From: Tequatrovirus LF73P3
Direction: 5' to 3' (one strand)
Length of the DNA: 64,000 nt
Sequence record: OZ035756.1
Made by a program: the position numbers and the translations under genes. Under the pieces are notes generated by a model that had not been told where the DNA came from, did not search any database, and saw nothing but the letters and a program-made list of their open reading frames with translations. Shown here in pieces: positions 37,941-46,367 of this stretch. The stretch's first letter is position 1, and each line of letters begins with the position of its first letter.

Positions 37941-38067
37941 TTTTGTGAAAAAAATTTTTAAAAGTTTTAGGGAATTCTAGGGAGGGAAGGGGCGATTAAA
38001 GGATAGGATAATATATTATAAAGGGTAGAAACTAAATGATGCCTAGAGAGGTCCAGAAAGGTCTAGA

Positions 38068-38098
38068 TACCAAAAAGCCCTATCATTTAGATAGGGAT
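38068..38098 (-). terminator. rho-independent terminator after CTS-protein gene
   Basis: Minus strand CCCUAUC-UAAAU-GAUAGGG followed by CUUUUUGG. Confidence 0.5.
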
Positions 38099-38104
38099 TT
38101 AAAA

Positions 38105-38668
38105 TTATTTATCTAGTTTAGTTATTATAGCTTCGGCAGCAGCTTTTAGCTTAGATGCGGTGTTAATACGATTTTTAATTTCAGTATACGCATCGCCAAG
38201 AACGTCGAGGCTATCAGAATAAACACTTACACTATTGCGTTCGCTATTTGAAATAGAACCTTTAGTTTTACGATCAAAATCAGTGTACACGTCTTGAAGA
38301 TCACGGGCTGCCTTCTTTGCATCATCCAATGCATCAAGAGCTTTATTCAAAGCATTAACGTATTTTTTAGTGTCGAACATATTCTTAGAAATTTTAACAG
38401 GTGCACGTTCAGGAGTAGCTAAGGCAGATTTAGGAACCTGAGCGCCTGATGCTAATTTCTTAGAAATTTTGAAAAATGCTTTATTGAATTTATTTTCTTG
38501 ACTCATCGTAAAAGAACTATTATCAATGTTATACATTTCAATAGCTTTAGCTTTCCACTTAAGAAAATCGCCACGGTCTTTTGGGTCCAATTGGAAGAAT
38601 ACTTTAGTAAGATCTGCTTCAGATGGTAATTTTGCTGCTTCGGTTAAAAATTCGGCATAGGTTTTCAT
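38105..38668 (-). CDS. internal-protein-like capsid-targeted protein (CTS-bearing)
   Basis: 187 aa; N-terminal MKTYAEFLTEA matches the capsid targeting sequence/prohead-protease cleavage context of T4 internal proteins. Confidence 0.6.
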   Translation of the reverse strand: MKTYAEFLTEAAKLPSEADLTKVFFQLDPKDRGDFLKWKAKAIEMYNIDNSSFTMSQENKFNKAFFKISKKLASGAQVPKSALATPERAPVKISKNMFDTKKYVNALNKALDALDDAKKAARDLQDVYTDFDRKTKGSISNSERNSVSVYSDSLDVLGDAYTEIKNRINTASKLKAAAEAIITKLDK

Positions 38669-38756
38669 TTAAAATCCTTGAAATAATTTATCGGTTGGTT
38701 ATTAATTATTTATTACTTTGTTATTATCCGTAACAGCATTCTCTATGTGATTCAAA

Positions 38757-38792
38757 CTAAAAAGCCCCAACCTTTCGGTCGGGGCTAAGCCT
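38757..38792 (-). terminator. strong rho-independent terminator ending the tRNA/stable-RNA transcription unit
   Basis: Minus strand GCCCCGACC-GAAA-GGUUGGGGC (9 bp stem) followed by UUUUUAG. Confidence 0.75.
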
Positions 38793-38794
38793 TG

Positions 38795-39090
38795 CGGCAA
38801 CCTTGTCGGGGTTCCACCTGCTAAGGCAAGTGTTTGTACGAAACGCCGGGATTCGAACCCGGTTATTAAGCAGTTGACGCTACTCAATATTTTTAAAAGG
38901 CCATATCTCGACCATATCCGAACGTTCCGTCAAAAACGCTACTCGGCTTACGGCAAAGATATTTCCTCGAATCGATAATTCGATGCGCCGTTTCTGCTGT
39001 GATAGTAAAGAATCAGAACACAGTAAAACTGTGGGAGAAACTATACTCCAGGGAACATCAGTCCGACGACTTACCGGTAGCGACCCGGTT
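38795..39090 (-). ncRNA. candidate small stable RNA(s) with tRNA-like T-arm (not a canonical tRNA)
   Basis: Minus strand CCGGG-UUCGAAU-CCCGG T-arm-like hairpin at 38845-38865, locally GC-rich, between tRNA-Arg unit and the terminator. Confidence 0.4.
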
Positions 39091-39092
39091 TC

Positions 39093-39443
39093 TTAATATT
39101 CTTTTAAAGCATCAATCTGTTCACGACGTTTACGCCATAAATCAATTGCTTCATACGCAGATTCAGCATTTCGAATTGGACGGCATTTATATAAAGACTT
39201 GTGATTTTGATATTGTGTAGATAATGGAATTTTATCTAAAAGGTCTTTACGTTCAAAGTATTCGTAACCATCTAAACCAAATGAACGATTTTTGAGAAAT
39301 TGCCAATGACCATATTCATTTTCGACATAAACATAATCCGCGTGTTGATAAAGCAAATTAATTACACGTTCAGAAATAACAGTGTCATTGTGATTAAAAT
39401 AAAATGTTAAATCATGAACTACTAAATAAACATTACCTTTCAT
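39093..39443 (-). CDS. hypothetical protein within tRNA region
   Basis: 116 aa ORF starting 17 nt downstream of tRNA-Arg. Confidence 0.45.
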   Translation of the reverse strand: MKGNVYLVVHDLTFYFNHNDTVISERVINLLYQHADYVYVENEYGHWQFLKNRSFGLDGYEYFERKDLLDKIPLSTQYQNHKSLYKCRPIRNAESAYEAIDLWRKRREQIDALKEY

Positions 39444-39459
39444 ATTTTCCTCACTTAAT

Positions 39460-39535
39460 TGGTCGAGGCAGTAGGGATCGAACCTACGACCTAGGACTTA
39501 GAAGGTCCTTGCTCTTCCTTCTGAGCTATGCCTCG
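39460..39535 (-). tRNA. tRNA-Arg (anticodon UCU)
   Basis: Cloverleaf by hand: 7-bp acceptor CGAGGCA/UGCCUCG, anticodon loop CUUCUAA, T-loop GGUUCGAUCC, encoded CCA. Confidence 0.85.
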
Positions 39536-39538
39536 TAG

Positions 39539-40204
39539 TTAAAATTTCATTTTTCGACCTTTAAACCATCCTTCTGGAATTGGGTCAGTTTTCTTAATAC
39601 GTTTAGAAACTTTTTCATCTAATGAATGAATCCACATCATACCAAATTGGGAATTCTTTTCACCTTTTTGGTGATTATTTTTAGCGTGAATTTCTTTCAT
39701 TTTATTAATAGTTTCAAGAGTATGATGCTTATTTAAAAATCGGCTATTATTTAAAAATTTTTCTTTGTATTCAGGAGTTGACCACAAACGTTTAAATACA
39801 TTTGAACCATTTTTACGATATTTTTCTTGAAGTAAAATATCATTTTTAAAACGTGACTTAAACGATTTAGCTCCTTTTAAACTAGCGTCTTTCTTCTGAT
39901 TTAGCATCTCAGGAATATTTATATGATCCCATCCACCTTCACCGCCAAGTTTTAAATTATACACATCAGGTCTATTTAAAAACTCTTCTGTGACAATATT
40001 TTTCTCGGCTTCAAGCATAGATTCTTTATCGTCAAAATATTCTAATATTTCTTTAGAAAAATTTTCTATACCATACCTGTCTTGGGCTCTTTTTAATAAT
40101 TTACCAGAACCCATATATCCATCATCTAAATTTTCGGTAGAATGCACACCAATATAAATTTTATTATTAATTTTATTTGTTATTTTATAAAGATAAAAAT
40201 GCAT
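39539..40204 (-). CDS. segB: GIY-YIG homing endonuclease SegB
   Basis: 221 aa from MHFYLYKITNKINNKIYIGVHS (GIY-YIG) ... GYMGSGKLL; track ORF N-extension runs into tRNA genes. Confidence 0.8.
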   Translation of the reverse strand: MHFYLYKITNKINNKIYIGVHSTENLDDGYMGSGKLLKRAQDRYGIENFSKEILEYFDDKESMLEAEKNIVTEEFLNRPDVYNLKLGGEGGWDHINIPEMLNQKKDASLKGAKSFKSRFKNDILLQEKYRKNGSNVFKRLWSTPEYKEKFLNNSRFLNKHHTLETINKMKEIHAKNNHQKGEKNSQFGMMWIHSLDEKVSKRIKKTDPIPEGWFKGRKMKF

Positions 40205-40250
40205 ATCAGTCCCTAATAAAGAACTGAGCGTCTCACGACGAGTCATAAAT

Positions 40251-40337
40251 TGGTGGGGAGTGATGGAGTCGAACCACCCGAGTCGCAATGACAATGGATT
40301 TACAGTCCACACCGCTACCTCTACGGGATAACTCCCC
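40251..40337 (-). tRNA. class-II tRNA with anticodon GUA (tRNA-Tyr-like)
   Basis: Hand fold: perfect 7-bp acceptor GGGGAGU/ACUCCCC, anticodon loop CUGUAAA, long variable arm, T-loop UUCGACU, encoded CCA. Confidence 0.6.
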
Positions 40338-40346
40338 TAATTAATT

Positions 40347-40423
40347 TGGTGACCCAGACCAGATTTGAACTGGTAACCTTTCCCTTATGAGGGGACTGCT
40401 GCTAACCATTGAGCTACAGGGCC
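40347..40423 (-). tRNA. tRNA-Ile (anticodon CAU, presumably lysidine-modified)
   Basis: GGCCCUGUAGCUCAAUGGUUAGCAG...CUCAUAA...GGUUCAAAUC...ACCA. Confidence 0.8.
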
Positions 40424-40424
40424 T

Positions 40425-40500
40425 TGGTGCTGATTGACGGAATCGAACCGCCGACATCCTCATTACAAGTGAGGCGCTCTACCTACTGAGCTAAATCAGC
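40425..40500 (-). tRNA. tRNA-Thr (anticodon UGU)
   Basis: GCUGAUUUAGCUCAGUAGGUAGAGC...CUUGUAA...GGUUCGAUUCC...ACCA. Confidence 0.85.
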
Positions 40501-40502
40501 AA

Positions 40503-40589
40503 CGGAGGCGATAGGATTTGAACCTATGAGTCGCCGGAGCGACTGCCGGTTTTCAAGACCGGTGCATTAAACCACTCTGCCACGCCTCC
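40503..40589 (-). tRNA. tRNA-Ser (anticodon UGA), class II
   Basis: GGAGGCGUGGCAGAGUGG...CUUGAAA..., long variable arm, no encoded CCA. Confidence 0.85.
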
Positions 40590-40591
40590 AG

Positions 40592-40665
40592 TCTCCGCGG
40601 CAGGATTTGAACCTGCGACATTCTGCTCCCAAAGCAGACACTCTACCAAACTGAGCTACACGGAG
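40592..40665 (-). tRNA. tRNA-Pro (anticodon UGG)
   Basis: CUCCGUGUAGCUCAGUUUGGUAGAG...UUUGGGA...GGUUCAAAUCC; abuts tRNA-Ser (dimeric precursor arrangement). Confidence 0.85.
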
Positions 40666-40675
40666 TAAATTAAAT

Positions 40676-40749
<74 letters not shown>

Positions 40750-40754
40750 AAATT

Positions 40755-40841
40755 TGGTGCGAGAAGTGGGACTCGAACCCACAAGGAAATCATTCCGCAG
40801 CATTTTAAGTGCTGTGTCTTTACCAATTTGACCATTCTCGC
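40755..40841 (-). tRNA. tRNA-Leu (anticodon UAA), class II
   Basis: GCGAGAAUGGUCAAAUUGGUAAAG...CUUAAAA...GGUUCGAGUCCCACUUCUCGCACCA. Confidence 0.9.
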
Positions 40842-40842
40842 G

Positions 40843-40915
40843 CTGGGAATAAAGGACTCGAACCTTTGCATCTAGCAGTCAAAGTGCTATGCCTTACCAA
40901 CTTGGCTAATTCCCA
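40843..40915 (-). tRNA. tRNA-Gln (anticodon UUG)
   Basis: UGGGAAUUAGCCAAGUUGGUAAGGC...CUUUGAC...GGUUCGAGUCC; directly abuts tRNA-Leu. Confidence 0.85.
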
Positions 40916-40982
40916 ATTATTAACAAAGGCTCTCTAACAAGAACCCTTGATGATAGAGGGTATTAATCAGTGCGATATGAGT

Positions 40983-41010
40983 TAATAATAACAAATAATT
41001 CTTAAAGCAT
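40983..41010 (-). promoter_or_regulatory. candidate MotA-type middle promoter for the tRNA cluster
   Basis: Minus strand ATGCTTTAAG (mot-box-like) + about 12 nt + TATTAT, about 70 nt upstream of tRNA-Gln. Confidence 0.3.
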
Positions 41011-41012
41011 AT

Positions 41013-41300
41013 TTACCATTTATGATAATACATATTTACGATGCATTCAAGACCCAAAGGATTCTTGAAAATATCATATTCAAGAGGACCTTTTTCTGTT
41101 TCAATAAAGAAATCAAAATTTACTGTATTAAATTTACGGTCTTCCTTTACTAATTTAACTTGAGAAGATGAACGGTCAGTGTAAACCTTTTCAACTTCAA
41201 AACATGTTAAAATGCCATAATCATCAATCAAGGCTTTAGCTGCTTCTTGATCATATTTATATCCATTTTCAATGGATGATACTTTCGCATAAAGAATCAT
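41013..41300 (-). CDS. hypothetical protein
   Basis: 95 aa ORF. Confidence 0.45.
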   Translation of the reverse strand: MILYAKVSSIENGYKYDQEAAKALIDDYGILTCFEVEKVYTDRSSSQVKLVKEDRKFNTVNFDFFIETEKGPLEYDIFKNPLGLECIVNMYYHKW

Positions 41301-41302
41301 TA

Positions 41303-41707
41303 TTAACCTTTATCAACAATAGTATGTGTATGGGCATTTACGATTTGCCACCAATCGAAACTATCGCCAAATCGTTTTGATTTATTGTCTTCAATAATTT
41401 GGCGTAATTCATCTTCTGTTTCAGCATACGCAATCAAATCATCATATCCACCGCAAGGATAGTAATTATCGCCTGCGAACAAAAGAAAATTTACTTTAGA
41501 TGGGTCTACATAATAATGCTCTTTAGGATATTTAGTTCCTCTCCAATCAGTTACTTCAACATAACGATAAGAAAATCCATTTTTACTTTCAATCCAACTC
41601 CACGCTTCAAAAGGAGTATTAAAAACTTTATCAGGTATTAAATTACCTTCAAAATGAGAAGGATTTGCATAATCCCCGGCATAAACATAATATTCGTTAA
41701 TACTCAT
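41303..41707 (-). CDS. hypothetical protein
   Basis: 134 aa ORF, aromatic-rich. Confidence 0.5.
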   Translation of the reverse strand: MSINEYYVYAGDYANPSHFEGNLIPDKVFNTPFEAWSWIESKNGFSYRYVEVTDWRGTKYPKEHYYVDPSKVNFLLFAGDNYYPCGGYDDLIAYAETEDELRQIIEDNKSKRFGDSFDWWQIVNAHTHTIVDKG

Positions 41708-41932
41708 TTATTCACCTTTAGAAATTTTATCCATAACGATAGCGATTAAACCAATTAAAAATGCTACTACAAGTGAAAACACATTTTCTGCTGTAGTTAA
41801 TAATCCGCATATAAATCCAACAAACATTGAAAAACTAAAAGCAGAAGCAGAAACTGCAATAGCAACATTTCGAATTAATTCACAACGTTTCATTTTTATT
41901 CTCCTCAGTAGTTGATAGGGTAATAATATCAC
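41708..41932 (-). CDS. small membrane protein
   Basis: 74 aa; two hydrophobic segments. Confidence 0.45.
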   Translation of the reverse strand: MILLPYQLLRRIKMKRCELIRNVAIAVSASAFSFSMFVGFICGLLTTAENVFSLVVAFLIGLIAIVMDKISKGE

Positions 41933-41954
41933 TACCCCATCTAAAAGTAAACGG
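41915..41954 (-). promoter_or_regulatory. early sigma70-type promoter
   Basis: Minus strand GTTTAC + spacer + TA-rich -10. Confidence 0.4.
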
Positions 41955-41962
41955 TTTATAAA

Positions 41963-42271
41963 CTATTTTATTCCGCGTGATGCAATTGTGTTCTGCCGTT
42001 TAACACCAGTTTGTTTAAAGTCATGATTGTCGATTTGATCGGTACGAGCAACTCCGAATGATGATTTGATCTTAGCTTTAGATCCTTTAGTTATAGAAAT
42101 AAACATCTCGGAAGCCCCTTTCTTAAAGTCCGAAGCGATTACTTCAACGCCGTTCTTAGCAAGTGACTTCAGAATTGCCTCTGCATACTCATCGTCAAGA
42201 CTCGTCTGAGTATTAATAACGAATGTCTTTGGCGCAGCCGCTTCATTGATAAATTCTTTAAATGTTTTCAT
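41963..42271 (-). CDS. internal-protein I-like capsid-targeted protein
   Basis: 102 aa; N-terminal CTS MKTFKEFINEA; sits at the ipI position next to 57B. Confidence 0.6.
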   Translation of the reverse strand: MKTFKEFINEAAAPKTFVINTQTSLDDEYAEAILKSLAKNGVEVIASDFKKGASEMFISITKGSKAKIKSSFGVARTDQIDNHDFKQTGVKRQNTIASRGIK

Positions 42272-42299
42272 TTTATTTTCCTAATTAATTTTGATGAGA

Positions 42300-42333
42300 T
42301 AATAGTATCACTACCTCATCAGCATGTAAACAA
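42300..42333 (-). promoter_or_regulatory. early sigma70-type promoter upstream of ipI-like gene
   Basis: Minus strand TTCACAAAGTTGTTTAC...GATACTATTATC. Confidence 0.5.
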
Positions 42334-42343
42334 CTTTGTGAAA

Positions 42344-43040
<697 letters not shown>

Positions 43041-43041
<1 letters not shown>

Positions 43042-43766
43042 TATAGTACCTTTAGTATATTTTTAATTTTAGAAAAAAGTTCTTCAAGAGAACCATCGTT
43101 TGTAATTACTAAATCGCCATCACGAATTGGCAATCCAGCTTCTGTAATATGAGTATCATTGGATTTTTGACCAGGACGAACTACATGAATTACTGTAGCA
43201 CCCATCGCCCTAGCCGCATCCATTTCATGATCTTGACGAGTATCAGGAACGATATAATAATCATAACCTGAGTTAAATTTATCAAGATAATCTAAAGCAA
43301 ATAATTTTACCCAATACATGCGGTCGAAGTTATTAACAATCAAATCCGTACCTAGGGCTTGCATCAGACGACGGACTGACCATTGATCTTCAATATTATT
43401 TATAACGTCAATAATCTTGTTACATGCTACGGAATCAACTGATTCTTGTCCTTCGTCCTCAAAAACACACACACCCTTAATTGGGCTTTTACTATTAAGA
43501 TAGCAAAATGCTTGTTCCATAATCGTGATTACTTCTGATTTAGTCAGATTTAAATTAGTCTCACGATCATAGTCAATTCCTTCAAACTCTTTACGAGTTA
43601 AGCAAGGATAGTCAGTGTTTTCTGCAAATACGCCCCACGCATAAGCCAATGCATCCTTAATAGGACCAGCAAGTTGGTATTTAACTGCAGAATAATTGCT
43701 CATGATAAAATCAGCAGTAGTATCTTTTCCACTACGCTTTACACCGCTTAAAAAGATTAGTTTCAT
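43041..43766 (-). CDS. 1: deoxynucleoside monophosphate kinase gp1
   Basis: 241 aa; MKLIFLSGVKRSGKDTTADF P-loop, matches T4 gp1. Confidence 0.95.
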
Positions 43767-43815
43767 ATGTTTCTCCTCAAATTTAGTTAAGATTATAACA
43801 CATGAAACTGAAGCA

Positions 43816-44346
43816 TTAAACTTCTGCTATAATTTTGCCATCTTTTTCTACTTGAAAATACGTATAAGGAATCGTTGCTGTGCATACTAAGGCTGGGTCT
43901 GAATCTTCTGTGTAGCTAAATTCTACTTCAGACAGGTCAGAAACCCAAGGCTTATAAAAGTTTATTGACATCACGATTTCAGTTTTACTATTATCTAAAA
44001 TGTAAAGCGTAATGTATTCAGGACCTGTTTTTTGGGCAGTATTTTCACCTGTAAGATAGTTACTAGTTCCTAGCATCCATTCATACATTCCTATCCACGA
44101 CTTAAGCTCTTCATCAACTATAAATCTCACGATGAGTGGATCGTACTCAAATGTAACTCCTGGACGTTGTGCTCTGCCTAGTCCAAACGGCCCAGTCACG
44201 GTATCAGTAACAGGTATCCTAATTCCTGGAATAGGAACTGACTGAGCATTTAAAGTAAAAGCAGATGTAGTATTACTATGCGGTATTGATACTACAAAGT
44301 TAGTTGTATTTGCTTGGTTAAAAATTTGTTGCAGTGCTTGCGACAT
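43816..44346 (-). CDS. 3: tail completion / sheath stabiliser gp3
   Basis: 176 aa from MSQALQQIFNQANTTNFVV (track ORF has a 27-codon N-extension). Confidence 0.8.
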   Translation of the reverse strand: MSQALQQIFNQANTTNFVVSIPHSNTTSAFTLNAQSVPIPGIRIPVTDTVTGPFGLGRAQRPGVTFEYDPLIVRFIVDEELKSWIGMYEWMLGTSNYLTGENTAQKTGPEYITLYILDNSKTEIVMSINFYKPWVSDLSEVEFSYTEDSDPALVCTATIPYTYFQVEKDGKIIAEV

Positions 44347-44452
44347 ATATTCCTCATAATGCTTTATAAATGTTGGTGGTATAATGGGTCTAAGTCCCTT
44401 CCATTCAATTCCAATTAGAACAAACAATAGAAAAGAATGGAAGATAATAGAA

Positions 44453-45277
44453 TTAGATATTTGACCAGACTTTGTTTGCAGAGAAACGTTTTCCTTTGGA
44501 GTAGAAGCTTTGGAGTGGCATTAACACAACGTTCGCCCAGTCTTTCGGGGCGATTTCAACAAGGCTACCCATAATATTACCAGGTATATATGCCTTAATC
44601 ATTTGGTCTGCACCCCTAAATCCTTTCACTTGACTCCAATCAATTTTTAATTTCGTTTTATTAGTAATAGTAGGTGTATTTGAATATTGCTTTAAAAGCT
44701 CTTCTAGAAATTGCTGACGAGCTTTAGGTGGAATATAGTGCAAGTTCAATCCGTACATTAAATTATGTTTACCTAAACCAAGGTAAATTATCAAAGGAAA
44801 TTTATCCCAGTAAGGAAGAGTTTCCTTGTGTTTAGCATCATAAGCAAAAGCATATATTCGTCCCGGCTGCGGGCGAACAACTTTATGTCCTTTTACTTGC
44901 TTAATAGTTTCAGCAAACCACTTTCTGGTTTTATTATTAATTGCTGCGCCTTCATTACGAATTTTATCACGCAATGTTTGCCTGAATGAATTTATCATAA
45001 GCAGTTGTCTTTCTTGCTTATTGAGTTTATTCATTGGTTTTGATTCAAGCTTTTGAATCTTTTCAGCTGTTTTAATTCCTGAAGCATATTTTGACATTGC
45101 TGAAGTAAACGTAGAGTATTTGATTCCTCTTTCTTCAGCAAATTGCTTTCCTGTCATTCCTTTTGCTTTGGCCTTTTTGTATTCAAGACCTATCTGAATC
45201 CATTTCTTTTCGTTTAATGATTGCTTAACCTTTGGAACTTGGGGAGTGCTTTCATTAATTATTTGAAAAATAGCCAT
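44453..45277 (-). CDS. 2: DNA end protector gp2
   Basis: 274 aa, [21 protein letters not shown]..., matches T4 gp2. Confidence 0.85.
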   Translation of the reverse strand: MAIFQIINESTPQVPKVKQSLNEKKWIQIGLEYKKAKAKGMTGKQFAEERGIKYSTFTSAMSKYASGIKTAEKIQKLESKPMNKLNKQERQLLMINSFRQTLRDKIRNEGAAINNKTRKWFAETIKQVKGHKVVRPQPGRIYAFAYDAKHKETLPYWDKFPLIIYLGLGKHNLMYGLNLHYIPPKARQQFLEELLKQYSNTPTITNKTKLKIDWSQVKGFRGADQMIKAYIPGNIMGSLVEIAPKDWANVVLMPLQSFYSKGKRFSANKVWSNI

Positions 45278-45729
45278 TATGCCCCCTTAAAGCCAAGAGC
45301 TCGTAATCCATCTTCTGTTAGAATTCTAAATTTTATTCCACGCTTTTCAGCTAAAGATTGCGCTGCTTTCCATTTGTCAGTATTAACGGAATATGTATAA
45401 ATTTCATTCATAAATCTTTTCTTCGCTGCAGTTGTTAGATGTGCCGGTTTAACTGGTGGTTGTGTTTCTTTTTTAGGTTTTATTTCAATAAAAAATTCTT
45501 GTCCAGAAGAATCTTTCATCCAAATATCCATGAAGTATCTACGTTTTTTCCCTTCTGCATTACAAAAATAAGGAATTACTGCTGTTTCACTACCCCATGC
45601 AATAATTTCTGGATTTTTATCTAACCATTCAAAAAAGAATTTTTCCCAATTTGATCTATACGTAATTTTTTTAGGGTCACCTCTATATTTTGATATATTT
45701 TTAGGAACCCATTTTCCAGAATATGCCAT
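45277..45729 (-). CDS. 4: head completion protein gp4
   Basis: 150 aa, [30 protein letters not shown]... Confidence 0.85.
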   Translation of the reverse strand: MAYSGKWVPKNISKYRGDPKKITYRSNWEKFFFEWLDKNPEIIAWGSETAVIPYFCNAEGKKRRYFMDIWMKDSSGQEFFIEIKPKKETQPPVKPAHLTTAAKKRFMNEIYTYSVNTDKWKAAQSLAEKRGIKFRILTEDGLRALGFKGA

Positions 45730-45740
45730 TGGATTCTCCT

Positions 45741-45748
45741 TATAAATA
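45741..45748 (+). promoter_or_regulatory. late promoter TATAAATA upstream of gene 53
   Basis: Exact TATAAATA 29 nt upstream of gene 53 ATG. Confidence 0.6.
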
Positions 45749-45755
45749 GATAATA

Positions 45756-45763
45756 TATTTATA
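45756..45763 (-). promoter_or_regulatory. late promoter TATAAATA (minus strand) upstream of gene 4, divergent from the gene 53 promoter
   Basis: Forward tatttata; about 27 nt upstream of gene 4 start. Confidence 0.45.
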
Positions 45764-45776
45764 AACAGGAGGGCCC

Positions 45777-46367
45777 ATGCTCTTTACATTTTTTGATCCG
45801 ATTGAATATGCGGCCAAAACGGTGAATAAAAACGCGCCGACTATTCCTATGACAGATATTTTTAGAAACTATAAAGACTATTTCAAACGTGCTCTTGCGG
45901 GATACCGCTTACGTACTTATTGTATTAAAGGTTCACCACGCCCGGAAGAATTAGCAAATGCTATATATGGAAATCCGCAGTTGTATTGGGTTTTATTGAT
46001 GTGTAATGATAATTATGATCCGTATTATGGATGGATTACTTCGCAAGAAGCTGCTTATCAAGCATCTATACAAAAATACAAAAACGTAGGTGGAGACCAA
46101 ATAGTATATCATGTGAATGAGAACGGTGAAAAATTTTATAATTTAATATCATACGATGATAATCCATATGTTTGGTATGACAAAGGCGATAAAGCTAGAA
46201 AATATCCTCAATATGAAGGAGCACTTGCTGCGGTCGATACGTATGAAGCTGCTGTTCTTGAAAATGAAAAACTTCGTCAAATAAAAATAATAGCAAAATC
46301 AGACATCAATTCATTTATGAACGACCTTATACGTATAATGGAGAAATCTTATGGAAATGATAAGTAA
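45777..46367 (+). CDS. 53: baseplate wedge protein gp53
   Basis: 196 aa, position and length as T4 gp53. Confidence 0.85.
   Translation: MLFTFFDPIEYAAKTVNKNAPTIPMTDIFRNYKDYFKRALAGYRLRTYCIKGSPRPEELANAIYGNPQLYWVLLMCNDNYDPYYGWITSQEAAYQASIQKYKNVGGDQIVYHVNENGEKFYNLISYDDNPYVWYDKGDKARKYPQYEGALAAVDTYEAAVLENEKLRQIKIIAKSDINSFMNDLIRIMEKSYGNDK

Noticed and set aside
38702-39220. Track ORFs 38702-38887 (minus) and 38999-39220 (plus)
   Set aside because: They lie across the terminator hairpin and the tRNA-like structured RNA region; more likely non-coding
39539-40312. 257-aa version of the segB ORF
   Set aside because: The N-terminal 36 codons extend over tRNA-Tyr-like and tRNA-Ile; start at MHFYLYKITNK gives the expected 221-aa GIY-YIG protein
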